64,000 bases of DNA from Bacteroidota bacterium (GTDB taxonomy: Bacteria > Bacteroidota > Bacteroidia > UBA4408), in contig CAUJCU010000024.1 of the NCBI GenBank assembly GCA_963169745.1, positions 80,842-144,841 of the forward strand. The letters are read 5' to 3'. Below the pieces are notes generated by a model, which saw nothing but the letters and a program-made list of their open reading frames with translations, had not been told where the DNA came from and searched no databases. Both the position numbers and the translations under genes were made by a program. Each line of letters starts with the position of its first letter. Position 1 is the stretch's first letter. This document shows, piece after piece, positions 1 through 10,600 of the stretch.

Positions 1-23
1 AAATTTAATTTGAAAGCTGTAAT

Positions 24-377
24 TTAGCTTTCAATAATTACCGATACGCCTTGCACATTACCATTCATTGGCGGGTTAAGTTTCGTAATTTTAACCCGAA
101 GAAAATGGATATGATGAAACTTTTCGCGAAGTTTTAGAGAAATTCTTTGAGCTACATTCTCAAGCAATTTGGCTCTGATAGCCATTTCGGCTTTAACAAT
201 TTCAAAAACAATACAATAGTCAATGGTTTGGGTTAAATCATCATGCTGTGCAGCCAAAGTAAAATCTGTTTCAAGCGTAATATCCACACGATAGTTACTA
301 CCTACTAAAGCCTCTTCATTTAAACAGCCATGGTAGGCATATAAACGTATATTTTCTAAATCAATTTGATGTTTCAC
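24..377 (-). CDS. folB: dihydroneopterin aldolase
   Basis: 117 aa; N-terminal 'IRLYAYHGCLNEEALVGSNYRVDITLETDF' is the classic FolB signature; size is typical. Confidence 0.8.
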   Translation of the reverse strand: MKHQIDLENIRLYAYHGCLNEEALVGSNYRVDITLETDFTLAAQHDDLTQTIDYCIVFEIVKAEMAIRAKLLENVAQRISLKLREKFHHIHFLRVKITKLNPPMNGNVQGVSVIIES

Positions 378-398
378 TGTGGAACGGTAAAGGGATTT

Positions 399-1823
399 TT
401 ATTTCTTTTTTTGGGCTATCATTTTTGAATAGTTTTCCATAAACTCCTCTATTTGCTCTACTCCTATTTTTTTTGCAATAATTTCTTTCTTATCGTCCAG
501 TATATAAATTACAGGAGTACTACTAATATCATACACCGATCGAAATGTATTATGTAGTTTTAAATCGGCCACGTTAATCCAGTCTAAATGGTTGTCGGCA
601 ATAAATTTATGCCATTTATCCTCTTCAATTTCGGTACACACCGCATACACTTCAAATCCTTTTGCTTTAAGGCTCTTGTGGTAAACCTCTGCCAGTACCG
701 GAACAGTTTTTTTACAATGGCTACAATCCGGATCCCAAAAACAAATAATAGTATATTTTGCTTTAACAGCCCATAAAGGTTGTAATTGATTCTTGTCATC
801 ATAAAGCATTAAATTAGGTGCTTTTTTACCTAATAGCAAGGGTTTTAGAATGCGTGCTCTGTCCGATATTTTAAAAAGAAGGGCAGAGTCAGCCCAAAAG
901 GCTTGCCCGGTGTTATAATAATCTTCAACCAAGCGCACAAAAACAGCATCCATGCCCATAACTTTTGAAGCCTCGTAGGTGCTTGTGGTATAAATAACCG
1001 TGTATTTAAAAATCTCTTTGTTGGCCTTTGCTTTCTCTATCAAATACTCACAGGCTTGTGCAATAGAGTCGGGCATTTGATAGGTTAATTTTTCGAGATA
1101 GTGTTTGTATTTGTTGTACAATAAAGGAGTTCGTAAGAGGCGGGCATCACTAAAGTCAATCCCATCAAAGTAGTGTGCTCTAAAATAACGGTAAGCAAAG
1201 GTTGAATCTTTTTTCCCATTGGCTAGTAATGGAGCCTCAGGTACATCGGGGTCTTGAGAGGTTCGGAATATTTTTGCCAAAAATGATGTAGGATGATTTT
1301 TCATAAAATTCAGCTTGTAATCCTTTACTACCTTATCCAAGTTAGCCATTCGGATTTTTATAGCGTTCGCTGAATCTTTATTGCTTTTATATTGCTCATA
1401 ATTTTTATTTATGGCTTCAATCTGTTTCCCTTTATTATTCATAAAGTTAAGATAATCATAAAACCATTCATTTTCTTTTGACCCTTTAACTTTCATGTTT
1501 TTCACCATATCCAAAGTATCGGTCTCTAACGAAAAATTGGTTTCATCAGCAATTATCATTTCAAAATATTTTTTATTTGGGGTAACTACCAAATAAATTC
1601 CACCTTCTAATGGTTTTTCTCCCTTAAAAACCATATTCCCTTTATCATCTACCTTTAAGGTATCGGATACATATTGTTTTTCGGCAAAATGATAGCCTAC
1701 ATAACACTCGGTATTGCTGATGTTGTTTATTTTTATTTTGATGTTATAAGCTTCTTTGTCTTTAGACCAAAGAGTGTGATAGCAAAACAATATAAAGAAA
1801 ATACTGAAAATATATTTTTTCAT
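399..1823 (-). CDS. secreted thioredoxin-fold protein (TlpA/AhpC-TSA-like thiol-disulfide oxidoreductase with N-terminal extension)
   Basis: 474 aa with signal peptide; C-terminal 'CFWDPDCSHCKK' is a CxxC thioredoxin motif; hydrophobic N-terminus. Confidence 0.65.
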   Translation of the reverse strand: MKKYIFSIFFILFCYHTLWSKDKEAYNIKIKINNISNTECYVGYHFAEKQYVSDTLKVDDKGNMVFKGEKPLEGGIYLVVTPNKKYFEMIIADETNFSLETDTLDMVKNMKVKGSKENEWFYDYLNFMNNKGKQIEAINKNYEQYKSNKDSANAIKIRMANLDKVVKDYKLNFMKNHPTSFLAKIFRTSQDPDVPEAPLLANGKKDSTFAYRYFRAHYFDGIDFSDARLLRTPLLYNKYKHYLEKLTYQMPDSIAQACEYLIEKAKANKEIFKYTVIYTTSTYEASKVMGMDAVFVRLVEDYYNTGQAFWADSALLFKISDRARILKPLLLGKKAPNLMLYDDKNQLQPLWAVKAKYTIICFWDPDCSHCKKTVPVLAEVYHKSLKAKGFEVYAVCTEIEEDKWHKFIADNHLDWINVADLKLHNTFRSVYDISSTPVIYILDDKKEIIAKKIGVEQIEEFMENYSKMIAQKKK

Positions 1824-2046
1824 AAATTATTAAAATAAGGTTAACTACTGAGCAAAATTGCAACTAAAATCAAGTATTTATTAGAAAACACCAGTAAAAA
1901 ATGTTAACTACTCTTACAAAAATCAAACCAAAGCTTACTAAAAGCACCTTGCTTAATTCATACCTTAGATTAAGGAGTATATCATTTAAGAAGAACTAAA
2001 ACATTGTGGAATTTTCTTATCTTTGCTACTTTGTTTTAAATTAGAT

Positions 2047-3135
2047 ATGGCAAAAGTTGCATTAATTACGGGTATAACAGGACAAGACGGCTCATATTTA
2101 GCCGAGTTTTTGTTAGAAAAAGGGTATATTGTTCATGGAATAAAAAGAAGGAGTTCACTATTTAATACCGATAGAATTGACCATTTATATAAAGATGCTC
2201 ATGAACAAAAAGTAAACTTCTTTCTCCATTATGGCGACTTAACCGACAGCACCAATTTAATCCGTATTATTCAAGAGGTACAACCCGATGAAATATACAA
2301 TTTGGCAGCTCAAAGTCATGTAAAAGTTTCGTTTGAAACCCCTGAATATACTGCTAATGCCGATGGTATTGGTACTTTAAGAATTTTAGAAGCCATTCGG
2401 ATTTTAAATATGGGTGATAAAACCCGTTTTTACCAGGCCTCTACTTCTGAGTTGTATGGTGATGTGCAGGAAATTCCACAAAAAGAATCAACCCCATTTT
2501 ACCCGCGTAGCCCTTATGGAGTAGCCAAATTATATGCTTTCTGGATAACCAAAAATTACCGCGAAGCTTATAATTTTTATGCCTGCAATGGTATCTTATT
2601 TAACCATGAGAGTCCGGTGCGGGGCGAAACATTTGTAACTCGAAAGGTAACTCGTGCTGTCGCCAAAATAAGCCTCGGCTTGCAGGAAAAACTTTATATA
2701 GGCAATATTGATGCAGAGCGCGACTGGGGCCATGCCCGCGATTATGTAGAGGGTATGTGGCTCATGCTTCAACAAGATAAGCCCGATGATTATGTGCTGG
2801 CTACAGGGCGAAAAATATCAGTTCGGAAGTTTATTGAATTGGCTTTCAAAGAAACCGATATTGAAATAGAGTGGAAAGGAAGTGGTGTTGATGAAAAGGG
2901 TTTTAACAAAACCAACGGTCATCTTCTTGTTGAAATCGACCCACGCTATTTCAGACCCAGTGAAGTAGATTTACTTGTTGGAGACGCTTCTAAAGCTAAA
3001 AATGAATTAGGTTGGGAGCCTAAGCTTCGTGTTGAAGAACTCATTAAGGAAATGGTTGAGGCTGATCTCAAACTGTTTAAGCGTGATAAATACTTGCTTG
3101 AAGGGGGGCACAATATTCTATCCTTTAACGAGTAA
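2047..3135 (+). CDS. gmd: GDP-mannose 4,6-dehydratase
   Basis: '[37 protein letters not shown]' and the rest match GMD closely; probable true ATG at 2047 inside the ORF that opens at 2023. Confidence 0.9.
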   Translation: MAKVALITGITGQDGSYLAEFLLEKGYIVHGIKRRSSLFNTDRIDHLYKDAHEQKVNFFLHYGDLTDSTNLIRIIQEVQPDEIYNLAAQSHVKVSFETPEYTANADGIGTLRILEAIRILNMGDKTRFYQASTSELYGDVQEIPQKESTPFYPRSPYGVAKLYAFWITKNYREAYNFYACNGILFNHESPVRGETFVTRKVTRAVAKISLGLQEKLYIGNIDAERDWGHARDYVEGMWLMLQQDKPDDYVLATGRKISVRKFIELAFKETDIEIEWKGSGVDEKGFNKTNGHLLVEIDPRYFRPSEVDLLVGDASKAKNELGWEPKLRVEELIKEMVEADLKLFKRDKYLLEGGHNILSFNE

Positions 3136-3164
3136 GTACTTCGTTTTTTATTTCCTTTGAAAGC

Positions 3165-4505
3165 TCAAATATACTGTGCTTTAAAATATAAAATTTGAAG
3201 CGTAGCGGTGTCAATTTTGCAATATTGACTAATTGTGTAACCGGGTATCCAAATTATTCTTTTTTGTTTGTCGCTTAAAACATAGCATTGCTCCTTGTCT
3301 AGGGCCGATGCTTTTTTATCTGTTAAAATATCACTCACTTTTTTACGCTTGTTCATTCCCAGTGGGATTATTTCATCTCCATGCTCCCATAAACGGAGTG
3401 TTAGTGGGAAAAGTACTTTTTGGGCATCTAGGTAAGCTTCATATAATCCAGCGTTTTTATAATCAACCATACTGCTTGGGTCTCGTTGTTCAATGTGCAG
3501 GGGCAATGGCTCTAACAGAGCATCTTCAGGCTTGGAGATAAGTTTTGCGGGAATTTTTTTTACTGTTTTTTTAGGGGTTAGTATAAGCTCGTTTCGGTTG
3601 ATCAATAACCGGTGTGATTCTGTTTCAAAAAATACTCCAGACTTATTTTTTCGATTTTGCAGTATGGAGCTTACTTGAGTGGCATTAAAGCCGAATGAAC
3701 TTAAAAAAAAGAACAACATCGTTTCGGCTTGTTTATACTTTAGCAGTGCTGTTTTATCTATGATTTGATAGTCTTTTTTAGAAACTAAAAGTGGAGCAAA
3801 AGCTTTTTCATAAAGCTCTAATAAAAGTTCTTTTTCGTTGTTGAGATGCGTTATACTTTTATTCATATACTTACCGGCATCAGGTTCAACATCATTTAAA
3901 GCGGGTATCAGATGATGTCTGATTTTATTTCGCAGGTAAGCATCACTGGCATTGCTACTGTCTTCGGCAATAGGCAATAAGTGTTTTTTAGCATAGGTTT
4001 CAATCTCCTGTCGAGAAGCAAAAAGCAGAGGTCTTACTATTTCTTGTCTTTGTAGGGGTATGCCACTTAAACCTTTAATACCACTCCCTCGCAACAGGTT
4101 AATAAAAAAGGTCTCTATATTATCGGAAGCATGGTGTGCAGTTAAAATTTTGGTATATCCTTTTTCATGACACAAGTTAAAAAAATAGCGGTAACGTAAT
4201 TCTCTTGCTGCTTCTTGTATAGACAGTTTATTGCTTGCAGCATATTTTTTAGTATTAAAAAATTGAGTATGACAGCTAATTCCCCAAAGCTTGCAGGTGT
4301 CTTTTACTAAAGCTTCGTTATGATTGGCTTCCTTTCCGCGAAGCTTAAAATTAACATGAGCAACAGCTATGTCAAAGCCGCTTTGTTTGCAAAGATGTAG
4401 CAATACCATACTATCTACACCACCACTCAGGGCAAGAAGTAGCTTATCACTCGGGGTAAATAACTTTTCCTGAGCTACAAATTTTTTAAATCGCTTCAAC
4501 AACAT
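3165..4505 (-). CDS. tilS: tRNA(Ile)-lysidine synthetase
   Basis: PP-loop 'LLALSGGVDSMVLLHL'; 446 aa; TilS family architecture. Confidence 0.85.
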   Translation of the reverse strand: MLLKRFKKFVAQEKLFTPSDKLLLALSGGVDSMVLLHLCKQSGFDIAVAHVNFKLRGKEANHNEALVKDTCKLWGISCHTQFFNTKKYAASNKLSIQEAARELRYRYFFNLCHEKGYTKILTAHHASDNIETFFINLLRGSGIKGLSGIPLQRQEIVRPLLFASRQEIETYAKKHLLPIAEDSSNASDAYLRNKIRHHLIPALNDVEPDAGKYMNKSITHLNNEKELLLELYEKAFAPLLVSKKDYQIIDKTALLKYKQAETMLFFFLSSFGFNATQVSSILQNRKNKSGVFFETESHRLLINRNELILTPKKTVKKIPAKLISKPEDALLEPLPLHIEQRDPSSMVDYKNAGLYEAYLDAQKVLFPLTLRLWEHGDEIIPLGMNKRKKVSDILTDKKASALDKEQCYVLSDKQKRIIWIPGYTISQYCKIDTATLQILYFKAQYI

Positions 4506-4593
4506 AGTGCAAAAATAGATTTATTAAAATTTAGTTGTATATCTTTCTCTGTTTATATCCTAAAAGGGCATCCCAACTTTGTGTATAAACAAT

Positions 4594-4625
4594 AAACCCC
4601 GAGAGCAAGGCTCCCGGGGTTTATG
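4594..4625 (-). terminator. rho-independent terminator downstream of the 2457-aa gene
   Basis: GC stem ccccgagagc/gctcccgggg with one mismatch, followed by a T-run on the minus strand. Confidence 0.5.
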
Positions 4626-4651
4626 TTTGTCAGTTAACTTTTTATTCGTTG

Positions 4652-7600
4652 TTATTGACGGCTTAGGTATATTTTTTTGGTGAATAACTGGTTGTTTGAT
4701 AAAATCTTAACCATGTATTGTCCTGCTGCAATGTTGGTCAATGCAATTTCTTTTTGACCTTTCATCGGAACATTTTCTATATGGCTAATGACTTCGCCTA
4801 GCATATTGATAACTTCAACAGAACCTGTTCCTTCTAATTTATTGCCAAATTGAATAGAAACTTTATCACCAACACCATGTACAACTATATTGCTTGCAGC
4901 AAGAGCTGTTAATCCGGTTGTGTTAGTTACCTCAACGGTAGTTGTTGCAGTGGCTGTACACAAACCATTTCCGGCTTCAAAAGAAACCTCATAAATACCT
5001 GCTTGTGTAAAGGTGTGTGCAATGTTTGCAGGACCATTGTTTATAATGGTTCCATCTCCAAAATTCCAGTTAAATCCAGTTGCTCCTTGAGCCGTAGCAG
5101 TAAATAATACGGTCGTGTTAGCAGCCATATCTACTGTAGTGGCACTGGCGCTCATATTTGCATACACAGCATTGCCTTCGCCTATACTAAAGTAATCGGT
5201 AGTGGTGTAGGTATTAGGAGCCATACCAAAGGTCATTTCTAAAGCATAATTTCCGGCTGCTAAATTTGATACACTTACTGATCCTGAAACATTATTCAAG
5301 GTCGTAATTATTGTCCCACTTTCGTCTTTAACAAGTATGTTTACAGTACTTGTTGTAGGATAGTTGATTATTAATTTACCATCGTTTCCGAGACAAGTTT
5401 CGTTTATACTTTGTAATTCAACAGCAGGATGGAAGTGAATAAGGAAACGATTATTTATAACACCGGCTGGTAATGTAACAGTATAAGACGGTTGGGTACG
5501 TAAATTAGTAATGGTTCCTGCCTGAACATCTTCAAGGTAAGCAATTACCGATGGGGCAAAGGTGCTCATATCGGTAGCTTTTAAGGTGTAATTACCGGCA
5601 GCTCTTATGGTTAATCCTAAAGGTACTACTTTGTTGGAGTTCAATTTGCCCATAGCGTTAATATTTAGATGCTGATTATCGATATAGGAATAAATATTCG
5701 GAAATCCGTTTACAATAGAAGGTATTGATTTAGCATCGAGGCTTGGTTCATATTGGTCGTTAGCAGCAGCATCAAAATAAAGTGCTGTTTCGCTGGCATA
5801 ACCATTTCCGGTAATTTCCATACGCATTAAATCGGGCACACTATTATACCCAAAGAAAGTAGCTGATACATCTCCTGCTGAAGTTAAACGAACACTGTTA
5901 TCTGCATTAATGGTTCCGGTTGCCAAGGCATCAACCATAATTCCCTGTGATGAAGCAATTCGGTCAGTAACACTTATTGGTGATCCTACAGTGCCATTCC
6001 AACTTCCGTAAGAGCCAACATAACCTCCTGATGAGATAAAAGTTTGATAGCCGTTTGTGGACAGTAATGAACTGTTAGCAGGTAAGGCTCTAAAGGCATT
6101 CCAACTAATAGGTGATGGGTATGGGTTTCCTATAGCATTTAAACCTTCGCCAGCTCCTGTACCTAGGGTACGACTTATGCCATATCCGCCCGGCACAATA
6201 CCATTTGTTAAAGGACCAAATACATCTACAACAGTATTAGCGGGTATTACACATGCAAAACCTTTGAGTGGTGTAATCGGGTCAGTTGTTCCGGTAGTTG
6301 CTATCCAACCAAAAGCCGGATTAGGGTTTGAATTAGATTCGTTATATTCCCATACACTGGCTAATTGTTGGTAAATGGTTCCCGGAATAAAGATTTGACC
6401 ATCTAAAGAGGCTAAAATGGTGAAGTCATCACGCCAGCCACTTGTAGTATTGTTTACTAAAGCCCCATTTACCGGAGAAGTTAAGTAATGATAACCGGTT
6501 GTGCTTCCAATTTTTCGTTCAACCGAAACATCACCCATCACATTCCCGCTCATGGGTTTTACTAAAGCAGTATTGGTTGCTGTGGAGCGTAAAATTAGCT
6601 TGCCGTTACTATTCAAATTACCGGCAGTAGTTGTTAAAACACAGCTTACTCCAGTAGGTGAATTTAAGGTTACACCGGCAGTAGTGTTATTGGTGGTTAA
6701 ATTTCCAAAGGTAGTTTTTCCGCTTACCATTTGTGCAGTAGCTCCTGTTCCGTTAAATTCAACTATACCGTTGCAGTTTAAAGTTGTAGATGAAGCCACT
6801 GAAGGCCCAACTTGCCAATCACCTTTTACATTTAAGGTATATCCATTCAAATCAATACCCGGAGATATAAAGTAAGGAGGTGCACTGGTAAAACTCATTC
6901 CTTTTACATTGGCGTTACTAAGTAGTTTTGGTTTGGTTACATTATGAGGGATAATAGCTGAACGGTTTGCGTTGGTAACCGTTAAAGCGGTAGCATCTCC
7001 ACCGTGCCAGTTGGCCGGATTACTGAAATCGTCATTAAAAGCTGCTGTCCATACTAACCCGCTGGTTACAGCCATTTTAATAAACTGAGCAGCTAAAGCA
7101 TTGTTGGCAATGGTACTTCCAATTCGTATGTATGCCATTGAGCCCGGAGTTAAACCATAGGCGTGAGTATAAGAAAATTCACCGGCAGCACCTCCCTGGT
7201 TACAAGCTACTGAAGCAACACTATTGCAGTTAGGTCCCGTGAATATAGTTACTACTGCACTTTGAATGTTTAGGTTGGCTATTGGATTGTTATCTGGAGC
7301 AGTAACTACATGCAACTCACCATTTGCAGGCACTTGTGCGCGGTACCATATATCACGTTTAATAGGGGCACACGAAGAACCACCACTAAAGCCGGCTCCG
7401 GTTAAGCTGTACGAAGTAAAAACTGCAGAATTGGTTACCGGAATAGGAGGTATCCCATCAGCATTACAAATGCTTTGTGTAAGAGTAGGGCATACACTCA
7501 CAAGTATATCTGTCATGCCAGTGGTACAGTTATCATCGGTATTAGTGGCGGTAACATGGTATGTGATATTTCCAAATGGTGCTGTCCATACGGTAGTTGC

Positions 7601-10600
7601 AGGGGTGTTTAAAGTGTATGGAATACTTAGGGCGGCATCTAAATATAAATCATTAGCTGGCGACCACTTGTAATCTGTATTGGGTTGTGGATTTACTACA
7701 TTTATGACTTCAGATGGATTTGCAACACAAATGCTTATAGAACTTGGATTAAGGGTTGGACGCGGACGTACAATAATATCTTGTACGTATGTAGCATTGG
7801 CACAAGGCGGATTACTTACTGTTAAAGTAAGCTTTACTGTAGTTCCTGCATCAGCCGCTACAGCAGTATAAGTAGGTGTTAATGTACTCGTATTGCTCAA
7901 GGATCCGTTCCCTTGATTTAAGGTCCAGCTTATGGTTCCGTTGGCTGCTGATGCGCCACTTACTGTAATAATACCATTTTCACAAGTAAAAAGCGGTCCA
8001 GAACCCGAAGCACTTGATGGAGTGTTTACTACCACCGTGCTTGGTGCCGATACGGCAGTACAACCATAACTATTTGTTACAACAACAGTGTAATTATTAC
8101 TAATTGTTGTATTATAGCCTACATTAGTTGCTGAAGGAATATCTACACTGTTTTCTTGCCATTGGTAGCTGCTTATGGTGCCATTACCCGGTGTTGAGGT
8201 AGAAGCACTTAAGTTAACACCACTTGGTAAACAGCCCAATAAAGTACCGGTAATAGTAGGCACAGGATTGGCGTAAAGCCTTACATTACCACTCATAGTG
8301 GTTGTAACAGGTTGACTATCGGTTCCTTTAACGGTATAAAGTCCTGCTGTGCTTTGTGTGCCAAAACTGATAGGAGTTCCATCGGTTCCACTGATTGGTG
8401 CACCTACCGGGTTACCATCTAAATACAGTTGATAGCTAACCCCTGTTTGAGAATTAGCTAAACCTACAGTAACATTATAACAAGCCGAAGTTCCGGTAAC
8501 CGCATATTGAGTAGGGCCGCATGGTGTTTTGGCTACATAAACTGCTATTTGAATTCGCGGGCTTTCGCAACTGCCATCATTTTGAGTTACATAATAATTG
8601 GTTGTTCCGGCTGCTGCCGTAGAAGGGGTTGGGGCAGTAGCTGACCCTGTTCCGGCTGTAGGACTGGTAAACCATAACAAACTAGTGCCTGTTGCTGTTA
8701 GAGCGCTGGCTGCATCACCTTGGTTGTAGTTAACCGGGCTGGTTACTGTTGGTTGTGCTGTAGGGCAAGATACAGCTTGTGAACCACCACCACCTCCGGG
8801 AACAACAACAGTAAAGTCTGATGTTACACCACTGGTACTGCTTCCATTACTCCCAATACAAGGGTTTGATCCTGCAGACGGAAACCTGTTAACTATACGC
8901 AAACGGGTTGTTCCTGGAACCGCAGTTAGAGGAACTGTAACTGACAATGATACCGAAAAACTACCATGGTCAATAGTAATTTGCTCCCCAGCAGAGTTCC
9001 CGAAAGTACCGTCCTGGTTCCAGTCAATATAGGCACTATTGGTATTTCCAATAAAATCATCAGCATAATAGCTTAACGTGTAGGTACTACCCGGTGTAAC
9101 AGTAGGGGCAGGAAGGGCTGTGTAATTTCCATAATTACCACAGTTGTTGCCACCGGTGTAGTTTGTTCCGGCAAAAGCTACTGTGCTAATGCAATCACCA
9201 ACTGAATTGTTGTGTGAAGGCGTACAGTAGGAGCCACCAAACAAGGCAATAGTTCTGTCGCCAGCAGGGCTGGTTACACTCGGTATTTTTACAGAAGAAC
9301 CATTTATATCAGTAACCGTAAATGATACTACTTCAGCATCTAATTTATTCCCTAAAGTAGCATTCAAATTCAAATCATAAGCCACCCAAAAATAGTTTGT
9401 TCCAGGGCTAAGGGCTATATTTCCATTGGCCGTAAGATTTCCGGCAAAAGCTGTAAAAGTAGAACCAAACTGGGTTTTAGCAGCAAAAGCGTTGGATGTT
9501 CCAGTATAATACACTTTAGCATTAATTAAGTCTGTTGCTGTATTGGTGGTTCCTGTAGTTTTAAAGGTAATAGAATTCATATATAGAGCCGGATCGGTAC
9601 CTCCGGCTACAACTACATCTAAACGAATAACTTCTGCCGCCAGTGTGTTAGGCTCAACGCTGGTACTTACCTGAGTAGTAGTACTTGAGGTATATGTAGC
9701 CGGCATACGGGTACTGTAGCTTCCGGTTAAAGGGCTTATAACATTATAACAATTAGGTGAAGCATTATATTCATAGGCTTTAAAATGATACGTAGTATTT
9801 GGGTTTAAGCCACTTACGGGAACTGTAACGCTTCCAACCCCACTGCCATCATATACAACAAAGTTACCGGTCCCTATTTGCGAGCCACTGCCAAATAGGC
9901 TATTTCCGGTATAAGAAGTATTGTATTCAGGATCGGCATTAACAGCAGAGCCGGCACGGGCCAAAACAATAGTATGTGTGCCATTGCCCGGGGTAAAACT
10001 AAGATTTATTTTGTCGTACTCGGTACAGGCAGACATAGCACTTGGTTGTGTGCTTGGATGGCATGAAGCTGTTGTGAAGTTGCCCGTATAGGCTACTGAT
10101 TCATAACAAACATCTAATGTATTAAACTCATATATAGCATAATAATAGCTGGTATTAGGGAGTAGTCCGGTAATGGCTACGCTTGAACCGGTGCTGTTAT
10201 ATACAGCAAAATTACCTGTACCTAGTTGCTGGCCACTACCAAAAGCAGCATTAGCTGTATAAGTAGTTCCTGATGTGGGCCCGGCATTTACTGCAGCACC
10301 CTGACGTAAGAGTACTAAACGGCCACCGGTACCATTACCATTGGTCCAGTTCAATGTAGCGTTATCTGTATTTAATGGCGAAACATTACCTGCACTAGAA
10401 CTTACCGAAGGAGCCGTACAACTCATTTGAATATCAACACGGTAATCTTCTACCTCTCCGGCACCACCGCCAGTTGCAGAACCTGTATATTTTACGCAAG
10501 AACCAACAGCAGCATTGCTTGCACCATAGCGGTAGCGCACGCGCATACCGGTTACTCCGGGTGTGGCAGCTGCGGGTACGGTAAAGTTGCTGGTCGATTG

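Noticed and set aside
584-802. Many small antisense or nested ORFs in the six-frame track (for example 584-802, 6057-6374, 7266-7673, 18001-18315, 42568-42950, 61285-61872) lying inside large well-supported genes
   Set aside because: They sit entirely within longer ORFs that have strong family signatures, have no start context or signal of their own, and are typical low-complexity translations of the opposite strand. They are treated as spurious.
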